Source: Octopus vulgaris
Lineage: Eukaryota
DNA: 64,000 nucleotides
Assembly (NCBI GenBank): GCA_951406725.2
Contig: OX597831.1
Span: 18,972,001 to 19,036,000 of the forward strand
Direction: 5' to 3'
Positions 1-15,613 of this stretch are shown in pieces. A program made the position numbers and the translations under genes. Under the pieces are notes generated by a model. It made no database searches. It saw only the letters and a program-made list of their open reading frames with translations, and was not told the origin of the DNA. How positions within the stretch are numbered: position 1 is the first letter of the stretch; every line of letters starts with the position of its first letter.

Positions 1-610
1 TGAAGTTGAATCAGATTGTCATATAACTTTGCGAAAGATCGCAGAGAGGTTACATGTTTCACACACGAGGACTGAAAATTATTTAAAATGTTTTGGACTC
101 ATTCAGAAGTTTGATCTTTGAGTTCCACATAAATGGAAAGAAACACGACCAATCAATATTTGCGATCTGCATCTCGAACGCAATGAAATCGACATTTTTT
201 TTTTAATGAATCATCACTGGTGAACAAAAATGGATTGTCTACAAAAACATGAATCAGAACTGTAGGAAACTGTAAGAAACGAAAATGGCCAGAATTGGCA
301 AATCATAAAGGAATCGGATTCCACCACGATAACGTCAGACGACACACGTTTTGCACCCTCAAATTACTATTTATTTGAAGTTGCAAGATTCTTTGAACGG
401 AAATATTTTCAATAATGGTGATAACCTCAAATCACACCTGCTTCGCTTTATCGTTAATAACCAGTAGTTCTATGGACACGGAATGAGGAATTTACTAGAA
501 CCATGGAAACATTCATCAAACAAAATACGGAATACATAATTGATTGAAGTTCATTCTTTGTATGAAAAAAAATGACTGTTATTTCACACGAAAACCCGAA
601 GTTACTTCCT
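1..610 (+). mobile_element. Degenerate mariner transposase 3' remnant
   Basis: Broken frames read RNEID.F..IITGE.KWIVY (~180-245) and FHHDNVRRH (~320-345), matching the mariner TGDEKW and HDNARPH motifs. Frameshifts and deletions throughout. Confidence 0.75.
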
Positions 611-622
611 TATATATATATA

Positions 623-1598
623 CTAGCATTATGACCCGTCGTTGCTGGGTCATAGTGCTAGTGCATGTATATATGTGTATATATATATATATGTGTACAT
701 ATTACATATACATCTATATATATATATATATATACATCTACATATAAAATACAAATTACAAAGTTATATCTTGATATCGCTAGTGATAACAATACTCAAC
801 ATATATAACAGACTGGAATTGTAAGCCCGTCTCTTGCAATTTCGATCAATTGTATCTTGTCCTCCCTCTTGTATAGAAGTGTGGCTACAATCCAGCCTAC
901 CTCAACTTCTGGGGGGCGGATCATTTTTAATTTTTATCCGGCACGTCCTACGTCCCAGATATAAAGGTAAAATTAAATATTTCCACTTTGCAAGTTCAAG
1001 TCGAGTACTCACTTGCATACTCCGTTGACTCGAACCTTGCTTCTATTGTGGCGAATTTACCGCCTCTAGTTAGATATCTTTCATAGTCGCACCAAGACAC
1101 TTTTCGATGGTGCTTTCTTCCAGGTTAATTCTTTATTACCCACTAGGGGCTACATAGAGGGAACGTTACAAACATTGGGGACATAGAACATCACAATTAC
1201 ATAGATATGATTAAAAATGAATTATGAAGATGATATATGAAAGCGGTGCCAACGGCCCCATCCGCTAGCACCACTTACCTGTCCTTTTGTTTTCACTGTC
1301 ACCTGAATGTTCATTCCCAATACGTAGACCATCCATATCCATTCTTACTCCGAAACTGTCCTCCATATATTCAACTAATTCATCGCTCATTCTTGTATCT
1401 TCTTGTATGGAGAAGATATGATATTGCTGTGGGCTCGCCCTAGGCAAAAAGTTTAAACATTTTTTGCCGATAACACTCCTTAGACCCTAAGTAAGGCATG
1501 TGTAAATTTTGAATGAAATTGGTTGTGTAGGTCTCAAGTCTTAGGGAAACACACAGACATACAGACAGACAGACATTCTCAGTTTTATATATAGAGAG

Positions 1599-1599
<1 letters not shown>
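623..1599 (-). mobile_element. Non-autonomous Helitron (Lep1-like), copy 1
   Basis: CTAG terminus at 623-626 next to a hairpin (tagcattatgaccc...gggtcatagtgcta). (acag)n tract and TC terminus near 1599. Homologous copy at 53149-54172. Confidence 0.65.

Positions 1600-1650
<51 letters not shown>
1600..1650. repeat. (TTA)n microsatellite at the 3' end of the R4/Dong-like element
   Basis: Perfect tta run seen directly. Confidence 0.95.
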
Positions 1651-1651
<1 letters not shown>

Positions 1652-4600
1652 TTTTTTTTTCTTCTTTCAAATTAGCTTCCATTTCTTGCCGAGTGTCTTC
1701 CCGACTCCTAGAGCAAAGAAACACATAGTATACATTGGTAGGCCATTAAACCAAACGCAATAGTTCGTTCATTTTTTTTTTTAAGTTAAGTTAAAAGACA
1801 TAAGCAGCAACGGTTCTCACATCGACAATGCTCTTCTCAATACGTGTGATGTACCAGTTAAGACAATCTTTTGAACTTCTTGCAGGGATGGTAAGCCAGG
1901 GATCATTCTCATATAATTTTCGGTTCCCTTCTTGATCATTTCTAGTGCTCCTACGATCACTGGTATTGTAACCGCCTTGAGATGCCACATTTTCTCAATT
2001 TCAATGAGTAGATCTTTATATTTTCTGAGCTTGTCAAACTCTTTCGCTGAGATATTATGATCACAGGGGATGCTCATGTCGATCAATAAGCAAACTTTAT
2101 TGTTTTGGTCTTTCACAACAATATCTGGTTTATTGGCCTTGATGGTTCGGTCTGTATGTATTGGAAAGTCCCACAGAATGGTTACATTTTCTCCTTCAGT
2201 TACAGCTTCAGGGTGGTGATTATACCACTTGTCGGCAGTTTTGATATTGTAATGCCGACTTATTAGCCAGTGTAGATATTGGCCAACTCTGTCATGTCTT
2301 AATTTATACTCCACTGGAGCTAAGACTTTACATCCAGAGATTAGGTGGTCCACTGTTTCAATCATGTCGTTGCAGAATCGGCATTTTGGGTCGGCTCCAT
2401 TTTTCATCACATTGGCCTGGTAGTTCCGGGTTAATAGGTTTTGATCTTGAGCAGCCAGGATGAAACCTTCACTCTCTGCTTTTAGCCCTGAGCTCCGTAG
2501 CCACTGATGGGTTTGCTTCTGGTCAACATCAGCTTGTTTGCTGCGGGTCACATATTTGCCGTGCAGAGGTTTCTCCTCCCACCTATCAGCCAATTGCTCG
2601 TGCGCTTTTTTCGTTGCCATTATTTTCACCTTCTTTGCAACAATAATTGCCGTACTTCCCTCGGGTTGTTCTGTTTGGGTATCCTGCACGAGATCAATAG
2701 CAAATTTTTTGCTTTCCTTTATGATAGAATGAAGCTTCTTTCGTCTCTCGTGATTTTCCACGAGCTTTAGCAGCCAGTCATTCGATATTTCGAGATATTT
2801 GGCCAGTCCAATTGTGGTTGTTTTGTAAGCTAGTTCAAATTGGATCAGGCCTCGACCTCCTTGGGCTCTGGGAAAGTAAAGGCGATCTACGTCTGCCTTT
2901 GGGTGGTGCATCCTATTACAACTCAGCAGCTTGCGTATTTTCCTATCTATATTCTTTACTTCACTCATATTCCAGTTCAACACATTGTAGCTATAAGTAA
3001 CAACTGGAACTGCTAAGGAATTTATAGCTAACACCTTGTTACGTGCATTTAGTTCAGATTTCAGGACTGCACGAACTCTGCTATAACATTCCTCCCTGAT
3101 CGTCTCTTTCATGCTTGCATGCTGAATACCAGAGCCTTCATTTATCCCTAAATATTTCTATGTTTGTTCTTGCTCAAGCTCTCTTATGACTGTGTCAACA
3201 TCTAACACGACTGAATTTGTGGTCTTCACTTTCCCTTTCTGGAAAGTGGCCTTGGCACACTTCTCAAGTCCAAACTCCATCCCGATGTCATCGCTGAATG
3301 CTTTCACAGTGCGCAATAGGCCTTCAAGTTCATTATTGTCTTTACCATAAACTTTTAAGTCATCCATATAAAATAGATGGCTTATTTTTTTATTGGCAAT
3401 TTTATACCCATACCCTGTTCTGTTTAATTCACTTGTAAGGGGTATTAGGGCTATGCAGAATATTAAAGGTGAAAGTGAGTCACCTTGAAAAATTCCACAG
3501 TTGATGTTTATATTTTCTGACGCAAGTACTCAATTAGAGTGGTATAATTGGAGATTCGTATTCCACAACGACATATTGTGCTTCAGGAAGTTTGAAATCA
3601 CAGGGAAAATTTTGATGATGTCCAGCGATTTCAAGATCCATGGATGCGGTATACTGTCGAAGGCCTTTTTATAGTCAATCCATGCGGTGCTGAGATTTCT
3701 GCGCTTGTTGTGACAGTTCTCAAGGATCATACGATTGATTAGCAGTTGATCTTTGCATCCGTAAGAGCCTCGGCGGCACCCTTTTTGTTCAATGGGGAAA
3801 ATATCGTTCTTCTCCATGAATGCATATGTTTTCTCCGCCAGGATAGATGCTAGGATTTTATACGTGGTGGATAGACAGGTTATAGGCCAATAGTTTTTGG
3901 GAAGGTTCGTTTCGTTATTCTTTGGGAGTAGGTAAGTAATGCCACTTGCTAACCATTCAGATGTTTTCTTTGGGTCTCTCATAATTCCATTGAGCAGCTG
4001 AACTAGCTTACCGTGTGCGCACGGGAGCGATGCGAGTCAGAAATTCGGCACCCTATCTTTACCGGGGGATTTCCAATTATGGGCCTTCGTGAGTGCCTTT
4101 CTTAGGTCTGCTATTGTGATGTCTTCCCATGCTTGTTGTTGTAAATTTTGGTAGGATCCTTCAGTTTGTATAATCCAGTCTGTATTTATGTTGTACGTCT
4201 TCTTGTCACTCCAAATACTTTTCCAAAAGTTTTGAACTTCTTCCATGGGAGGGGGGTCTTTAACGGTTACTTTCTCCTTCCCTATTTCTCTGTAGAATTT
4301 TTTGGCATTGGATGTGAACAGCTTATTTTGCTTGTAAAACTTGTTTCTCTTCTCAAATCTTCGTATTCTTTGGGCTTTTGCTTGGGCTTTTTGTTTCAGC
4401 GTTTCTTTTATTGATATCAGTTCTTCTCTTAGTGAGGATCCAAATTGTCTCTTCATCTTTCTTCCTGTTCTGGATCTTACATCATTTCCACATATTAGTT
4501 CATTTAATATTGATATTTCCCCTCTCATAAATTCAATCTCTTTTTCAATTTTACTTCTCCAGGTTTGATTTCTTCCCAGGTTTTGTTTTCTTTGTTTTTT

Positions 4601-5570
4601 CGGGGGCATACAGCTGGTTTCAATTGCCCTAGCAGAAGCGTAAATAATTTCATTTAACTCAGTAAAATCAGGTTTTAATTCTCGTATTATTTCATTTGTT
4701 ACATAGTTGCCAATTTGGATTTGTTTTTTTATTTTGGTTTGTATTTGAGAGTTTATGAAGTGGTTCTCTATCATTCATACTTGTATGTCTTACAACTTCA
4801 AGTGTATTCAGGATTTTCTGCCTCATTTCTGCCATAGACTCTCTGTGTTCTTCAGCAAATGGGAGATCTTCAGTTACTGTTGTTTTTTTCGTTTTCCTGG
4901 CTATCTTTAACAGGTACAATAGAATTTCTTGTATCTTCAGGCCTTTGCGTACTTTGGTCAGATGGCAGTCTTTCAATTAAGCCTCGTGGCGGGCTATACT
5001 GTTCATCTGATTCTTCATTTCCTTTGTGTCTTATATTTGTGTCATTTTCGGTTGCGTGCTTGATCGCACTTATTTCACTGTCTGTGAGTCTGTTATTTCT
5101 AAGGATATCCCTCCTCACATTTGCTAATTTGTTCTCGTCCAAATAGGGCCTACTGTCTTGATTCCGTGTTCTCCATATACTGTAAGAGTTTGCGGTGTGT
5201 CTCTCTTGAGATGGCCTACCTAATGCATAGTAATAAGCGTATATAACTTCTTTATACTCTTCTCGGGTCCATTTGTTCCGCTTACATTTTTCTTTCTGTG
5301 GTGGTTGTGGTGGTGAACTTGGAGGGCTCGAGTTGGGGGATTTCCCGTTCAAGTGACCATCCATGTCCGTATTCGGAGAAGAGTTTGTGCCAGTTGATGA
5401 CTTTTCGATCCCAGGCTGGCTCTTCCCTGGGGGATTCGCTTCCAGATTAACCATAGGACAAGCGATTTGGTATACTGATTTAGTTTTCCTTTTAGTTTCC
5501 AAAAACATTTTGGTGCTACGATAATGTTATAATTTTTTAGCTTTGGTTGGCTCGTGGGGAGACGGCCATC
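1651..5570 (-). mobile_element. R4/Dong-like non-LTR retrotransposon (RT plus C-terminal restriction-like endonuclease), near full length, frameshifted
   Basis: ORF pieces 4870-5508, 4037-4774, 3530-3982, 3158-3367 and 1817-3112. Motifs: KSPGKD, PITCL, EQKGC, WIDYKKAFDS, (Y)MDDLK, zinc motif CRFC...H...C, RHD, KPDIV and K..KY..L. Flanked by (TTA)n tracts on both sides. Confidence 0.9.
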
Positions 5571-5619
5571 ATTGCCGTTACAATTATAATCGTATCATTA
5601 TAGCAGCCGTAGTCGGCTT

Positions 5620-5786
5620 ATTATTGTTATTATGATCACCATTATTATCACTATCATCATTATCACCACCATTACCATCATCATTATCATTATCACCATC
5701 ACCATCACCACCATCATCATCAATGATATTGTTTTTTGTGTAGTCACAGCAGTATTATTTTTATTATTATTATTATTATTATCATC

Positions 5787-5824
<38 letters not shown>

Positions 5825-5870
5825 CATTATTATTATTATTTTTATTATTTATAATTATGAGTATAATTAT
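5620..5870. repeat. (ATC/ACC)n and (TTA)n microsatellites
   Basis: Seen directly; explains the poly-I/poly-L ORF 5632-5937. Confidence 0.9.
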
Positions 5871-6719
5871 AATTAGCGTTCATCAAAACGAATTTGCTTT
5901 CCCACATACCGAACTTTTAGAAATAGCAGCCAAATAACTTAGCTATTTCTACTAATATAAGACGAATCTCCCAGACAACGTATACTCAAAAACAATTCAC
6001 GTAGCCATAGAAGCTAAACAACGAAAATTCACTCAGCATTTGATTACTTGCCAACGCGTTTCTGACTTAGATAGATATGGAGATGCAATTATACTCATAA
6101 TTATAAATAATAATATTTAAGTTTACCGAAAACGCTCCTTTTAACATGCTGAACACTACTTGGTGGAATTATTAATTACTATTATTATTGATATATATAT
6201 ATATATATACGAGCAAAACGCCCCCCGTCCAGTGGACGGTGCTGAGATGTCAAAAATTTAAACCAAATTTTCTCAAAACAACTTGTCCGAACCTCCCATA
6301 GGCCTCCGCTTTGAGAAATACTGATTTAACCTAAATTTGAGACACCAGCAAACGAAGAAATAAAGATGACTTTTTTTCTATTCCAAAGTAAAACGATTTT
6401 ATTCACACAAATATGCAACCGCAGAGTTTAAAGTACCAGTAATGATAAGGCTACTGAGTGGGAGAAAACAAACATGGTTTAAACATTCAGCTTGGCAGGA
6501 AAGAAACGAGCCGTCAAGCAGTAAAAAAAAACAACAAAAAATGGAAGATGCAGTTACGTAGGACAAAAACGGCTTTCTCGATCGCATTCTCACCTGGTAT
6601 CGATTTTTGTAATTTTTTCAAGACTTATACACGCCGTGATACCATCTGTATCTTCATATCAAATAATATATATATATATATATACTACATATATATAACC
6701 TATATATATATATATATAT

Positions 6720-7600
6720 ATATTATATTAAATTATAGATAAAACCACTATTAGGCAAACCAAACAGTGAAAATCATAAGCCAAAACATAGAAATAAAAT
6801 TACAGAAAAATATATAAAAAATATAAAATATAAAATATAAAAATCCAATTAAAATATTTAAATTAAAGTTAAATTTTTATTTTTAATTATTTAAATTACT
6901 AAATTAAACTTATAAATTGAAAATATATACATAGTGGCTGTGTGGTAAGTAGCTTGCTAACCAACACATGGTTGCGGGTTCAGTCCCACTGCGTGGCATC
7001 TTGGGCAAGTGTCTTCTGCAATAGCCCCAGGCTGACCAATGCCTTGTGAGTGGATTTGGTAGACGGAAACTGAAAGAAGCCTGTCGTATATATGTATATA
7101 CATATATAAGTGTGTGTGTATATGTTTGTGTGTCTGTATTTGTCCCCCTAGCATTGATTGACAACCGATGCTGGTGTGTTTAAGTCCCCGTTACTTAGCG
7201 GTTCGGCAAAAGAAACCGATAGAATAAGTACTGGGCTTACAAAGAATAAGTCCCGGGGTCGATTTGCTCGACTAAAGGCGGTGCTCCAGCATGGCCGCAG
7301 TCAAATGACTGAAACAAGTAAAAGAAGAAAAAAAGAAGATATAAATAAAAATAAAAGAATAAATAATTAAATACAATAATAATAAAAATATATATATATT
7401 TATAATGTATAAGTTTAATTTATCAATTTAAATATTTTTTTAAAATTTAAACTTTAATTTTAATACTTCAATTGAATTTTTATATTTTATATTTTATATT
7501 TTTATATATTTTTAATAAATTTTATTTCTATGTATTGGTTTATGATTTTCACTGTTTGATTTACCTAATAGTGGTTTTATCTCTCATTTAATATAATATA
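6720..7600. mobile_element. Palindromic MITE-like element with a SINE in its centre
   Basis: 6735-6890 (gataaaaccactattaggcaaaccaaacagtgaaaatcataag) is the reverse complement of 7440-7590 (ttatgattttcactgtttgatttacctaatagtggttttatc). Confidence 0.75.
6932..7330 (+). mobile_element. tRNA-derived SINE (Octopus-type family 1)
   Basis: A/B-box-like head tggctgtgtggtaag...ggttcagtcccac, body ttgggcaagtgtcttct, tail gactgaaacaagtaaaag. Many copies in this window. Confidence 0.85.
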
Positions 7601-8921
7601 TATTTATACAATAAAATTAGAGTTAATCCTAAATCTAATTTTTCCCTGTAAGTTTGATTTACTCCCTAATATTATTATATATATATATATATATATATAG
7701 TGGATGGAAGAGGGGTAAAGGACGACTGTGGGCTTACGAACGAACTGAAATAAATAAACGAAATAGGTATGTGTGTAAGCATGTACGTATTTATGAATGT
7801 ATGTATGGCCATCACATATGAAATATATAACGCAATTGTTCACTGTCGCTACACCAGGAATGTTTCACGAACGGAGGAGGAGCGCTACATAGAGAAGCTG
7901 AAAGAAATTCGACGTTACTCCTTGCACAAAAAAACGGGAGAGTTATACTGCTGCAGGCGTTAACATACTCGTACAAAATTATTCACCTTCATTTCAGGCA
8001 TCAGTCGAACGAAGGTGATCTTCTGAGATGTTGATGAAATTGTGAGAATGTCGATTTGTCTACCATTCGACATGCTTCAAACGTAACATTGTGTGAGATT
8101 TCACTTGTTAGGTGTTACATATATTATTGGGAGTCATTGTGAGAATGAGCGTACTTTATCCATCCAGGTATGCAATATTATCTTCAACATCTCAAAGAAG
8201 ACTCCAGCATAAATATAAAAACGCTGATGGAATATTTGAGATGTCATGATTTCACGTTGGTTATTCATGACCGCTGAATCTATCACATTTATTGGGTATT
8301 TCTTTCAGGATGTATCGGGAGCTGTACATAACAGGCTGTGATTTCCCTTATTAACTTTGCCCCTGGCACTGATCAAACAATTTCATTTGTCTTTGCTCTA
8401 CTTCACATTACACATGCTATATATCGAACGCCCCCCTTCATCACATATGTGATTGCTGATTCCGATACGTGATGGGGTTCGGCGATAGCCTCCGTTTGTT
8501 TATCAGGTTTCTTGTTGGTAATGTTTTCAACAAGTTGTATAAATTGCGGCATACAAACGATTTCCTTTATACAGTTGAAAAAGTCTCTACTAAGCGTCTA
8601 CTCTAATGGACTGCGCAGCTAATTCAGTTGATCGGACAACTGTGAGTTGACAGTCGAAATCGTTGCCTATACGTTATTATTTAATACATTTTAAATAAAA
8701 CATCAATTTACAGGGGATCAATTCCACAGAGTAGGGAGTGGCAATCAAAGGGATCGAGTTGAGCTGATAAGGATGCAAGCATGCGGATAAACGAATTTAA
8801 CATATAAAATATAATACAAAATTTTGCGTATGAAACATTAAATATGTATATATGTATACATGAAAATTGAGACCAAACAAAAAATTGAGACTTTCAAACA
8901 ATGAATATTTGAGAACAGATA

Positions 8922-9335
8922 TACTCTTTTACTCTTTTATTTGTTTCAGTCATTTGACTGTGGCCATGCTGGAGCACCGCCTTTAATCGAGCAACTCGAC
9001 CCCGGGACTTATTCTTGTGTAAGCCCAGTACTTATTCTATCGGTCTCTTTGCAGAACCGCTATATTACGGGGACATAAACACACCAGTATCGGTTGTCAA
9101 ACAATGCCAGGGGGACAAACACAGACACACAAATACACACACACGCATATATATATATATACATATATACAACGGGCTTCTTTCAGTTTCCATCTACCAA
9201 ATCCACTCACAAGGCTTTGGTCGACCCGAGGCTATAGTAGAAGACACTTGCCCAAGGTGACACGCAGTGTGACTGAACCTTGAACCATGTGGTTGGTAAA
9301 CAAGCTACTTACCACACAGTCACTCCTGCGCCTAT
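8922..9335 (-). mobile_element. SINE family 1
   Basis: Reverse complement of 6932-7330. Confidence 0.85.
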
Positions 9336-10340
9336 ATACAAATTTCTATTGATAGATCCACTTCACACAGAATATAACCAAAAGAGAAAGCTGGTGGTAT
9401 AAGACGACAAGCTGGAGGCTTGGAGTGACATGATAATGCCGGTAGATATAGTTCATGGCAATATATTCCGTAATGGATGCAATCAACAAACCATAAGATG
9501 TGAGCCTATCATCAAGGTAAAGAGGATCTTACATTTCATATTTTAATACAAATACACAGAAGTTAGATTGAAGATGGAATCGTCGAACTTCTTGGCCAAA
9601 CTATTATATTATATTTATTATATCTAATTTCTTTATCCGCATAATTGCCTGTACTTTTCCTCTCTCTCACTATCAGTATATATGTGTGTGTATACGCATG
9701 CATACGTAGATAACGTGAGGAAGTGTGAGATAGACACCCATATAGATGACATAGATAGGGATGTGTTGTATTAGCGTAAGTGTATTCACGTAAGATCAAA
9801 TGAACAATTCCTCACCGACAGTATTGCGACTTGGCAAAATTACTTCAACGTACAGAGACAATCTACCATAGGAAACGCATGCAGTTCATTGCTCTCGAAA
9901 TCAGGATCCAGCTCGGTACCAGGTTATATTAAGGGACTAAGTTGATAGGTTGAATTGGACACGCAAGGACTGGACGAAATCCCCGCTCTTTATCGGTTTT
10001 CATGCCAAAATATTGCCCTATAAATATGTTACAAAACGCAGTTTTCGGTAAGAAAACAAGAAAAAGATCTGCAACTGCTGAGGAATTTTGAGCAAGCATT
10101 AAACGCAAATGATGTAAATACAAAAAGAGATGTTTCTTGATATTCAGATTTTAGTTGCTTTGCGTTGACTAAATGTAAATCCGAAGAATGATCAGCTTGA
10201 AAACATTTCCTTTGTGGGAAAGAAAATGGAATTCTGTTCGTGAAATTCTGAAACATTTTACGTACAACATTTCGGATGGGTTAAATTTGTGGGTAGTAAT
10301 TTGCGGATTTGTATTTCTTTGAGACACATATAGAAATATA

Positions 10341-10402
<62 letters not shown>

Positions 10403-10403
10403 T

Positions 10404-10435
<32 letters not shown>

Positions 10436-10440
10436 ATGGG

Positions 10441-10628
10441 GTTATAATTAAGGGTATCTAAAAGACATTAACATGCTAGATATAGCAATCAAAACTTGGC
10501 CCTAAAACCAAATCAAATATTCATACAGCACCAGGAGAGAAGAAAAAGAGACAAAATAAACTAGCAAATTATTTTTTGACTGCTTTATCTAGCATGCTGG
10601 TATCTTTTAGATACCCTTAATTATAATT
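10441..10628. mobile_element. Small palindromic MITE-like element
   Basis: ttataattaagggtatctaaaaga...catgctagata pairs with tatctagcatg...tcttttagatacccttaattataa. Confidence 0.7.
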
Positions 10629-10723
10629 TTAATAATAATTATTACGTTTCAGGTTTTTATTCCCATGCTAGCCTCTTGATTTGATCGGTATTTTAAATAA
10701 CGATCTTATCCTTATTTATATAA

Positions 10724-10780
<57 letters not shown>

Positions 10781-10990
10781 TACATATATATGTATGCATA
10801 TACATATATATATGTGTGTGTGTGTGTATACATACATGTATATGTTTACGTATGAATTCATGTGTGTATGCATGGGGAGGGAATATCAATTAGAAAAAGA
10901 TAAGACAGATTAACTCTGTTACTACAACATTTATATTCGACGCACAAGTATTAATGAAAATTCAGAAATAATTATCTTATTGCTACTTAC

Positions 10991-11027
10991 GAGAAATGAG
11001 GAAGAAAATAAATATAGAATATATCAT
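10991..11027 (-). CDS. Copy Z of the six-Cys gene family: exon 1 only (MIYSIFIFFLIS, phase 1)
   Basis: 37 nt from ATG to a gtaagtagc donor, the same length, phase and donor as exon 1 of copies B-E, with homologous upstream sequence. No exon 2-4 homologues were found to the left in this window. Confidence 0.7.
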
Positions 11028-12185
11028 TGTGTAATTCCGTGATGAATTCTTCATATTCTCGCAACTTACGCAACGTAATTTCTTCTATAATTTCATATAA
11101 AGACGTAACATGTGTTTCAACTAACGAGGAAGGTAAGTAAATTTGATCTATGACATGCTATTTCACAATGCATGTATCTATACATAGTAGAAAAATCAAT
11201 ATTGTATATACAATGAGTTCGGTCTGAATTTATTGATTTTTCAGGTCTCCATTTTACTGAGACAAAATGTTTTTGTCACCATTCATAGTCAAAAGATACA
11301 TTAGAGTTTCTTATTGTAAGTGAGGAAATTTAAGATGATTTGTAGAAATTTAAGCCATCTGAATATTCGTTATAAGCTGTGTGAAAAGGTAAGTCCCTTT
11401 AATAAATACAATCGTCGAGAGGTCCTACAGATGCATGCACTGGCAGAAACACACCTTTCAATCATATGAATAATGATTAATATAGATAGCCCCTTGAATT
11501 TTAATTAATATAACCCTTTTTTTTATATATTTCACCACCATAGTAAAAAAATCCTTTTTATACTTTCAAAGAACTACTACCCAATCCAGTGAGGTATGTG
11601 TTACCTTTGTCCCTATACCTCGCCCTCCTCTTTCCCTCTCTCTCTTTCCCTATATCTATAGTAAGCACATTTAAACACACAGACACAAACCGTTCACCTC
11701 AACACTGTCTGTTTTCTGACACCCACCCATCCACAAACACAATCACGCACACACATACACACACACACACACACACACATTAATGCCGTTATATACAGTC
11801 ACACACAGAGACACTCACAAAAGAAAATTCATCATTCATTTGAACTGCACCCTTTCACCTTCCTATTCTTATGCCTCTCTTCTCCTACTTCGTTTGAACC
11901 CTTGAACCTTTAGAACCTTCTAGATTCTTCTACATCCAACCATTTTGACGTCACTCCTTATAAAGGAATTTTTTAAAGAGACACTCATTTTCACTATGGG
12001 CTCCGTGTGAGCAGTCATCTAAAAGTTTTTTGTGCATCTTGATGTTGACATAAGTTCCTTGCTTTTGCTAATGAAAAAGCGGCATAATATACTCCTTATT
12101 CCTTCGCAATTAGGAATATGCAGCCTTCGAAACATATGTCGAAAATATGGAATTTTGTTAATTCGTCGTTCAACTCCATTCTTTC

Positions 12186-12243
<58 letters not shown>

Positions 12244-12270
12244 ATATATATATATATATATATATATAAG

Positions 12271-12328
<58 letters not shown>

Positions 12329-12710
12329 ATAAAAGATTTATATCTTTAAATGTAATATGTGACAATTATTCGGTAGCCATGACAAAACTCCGAGTTTCGG
12401 ATGCCGGGATGGAAATCCACGCCGTCAAATCTTCAGTTATCCGGCCATCGGAAAAACTACTATGAAAATGACCGTTAAACAAAGGAAAATTACTGTGTGA
12501 TTAACCGTTATTAAGACAATAGAGTTATTAAATTGACCGCTAAGTGAGGGGAGGAAATAAAAGTAGGGGGTAAAAACGTTCATAGTATTCGCGTAAGAAT
12601 GCACGTCCATACCTACACATGCGAACCCACACAACCACGTAAATGAGCCTAAAAGTATACACTCATCCACTCTCACTTGAAACGTACACATTCTCACCCG
12701 CACCATTCGG

Positions 12711-12748
<38 letters not shown>

Positions 12749-12790
12749 CCCCCCCCCACACACACATACACGCACCATATATGTTCAGCA

Positions 12791-12861
<71 letters not shown>

Positions 12862-13115
12862 CGTCCACATTTGTTGAATAACTGCCTCAACGCCCAGTCA
12901 TAATGTTGTAAGAGCTGGGTCAGGCAGCTCCTACCTGGTCGGAAGCTATGCTGGGTAACACTCAGCAAGTTATTTTCTTCAAGGAATGCGATTAGTTTCC
13001 CTTTGACAATCCGTTCCATGATTTTGTTGTTGTGTGAAGGCAGAGAGATATGCCTATAGTTTTTGGCATCTGCTCTGCTTCGTCCTTTATGGATTAGGCA
13101 CATTATTCCCCCCTT

Positions 13116-15613
<2,498 letters not shown>

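Noticed and set aside
7850-8700. Unique-looking, higher-complexity stretch as possible exons of copy Z
   Set aside because: I found no family Cys pattern, matching splice context or convincing ORF. Left unassigned, probably an old TE.
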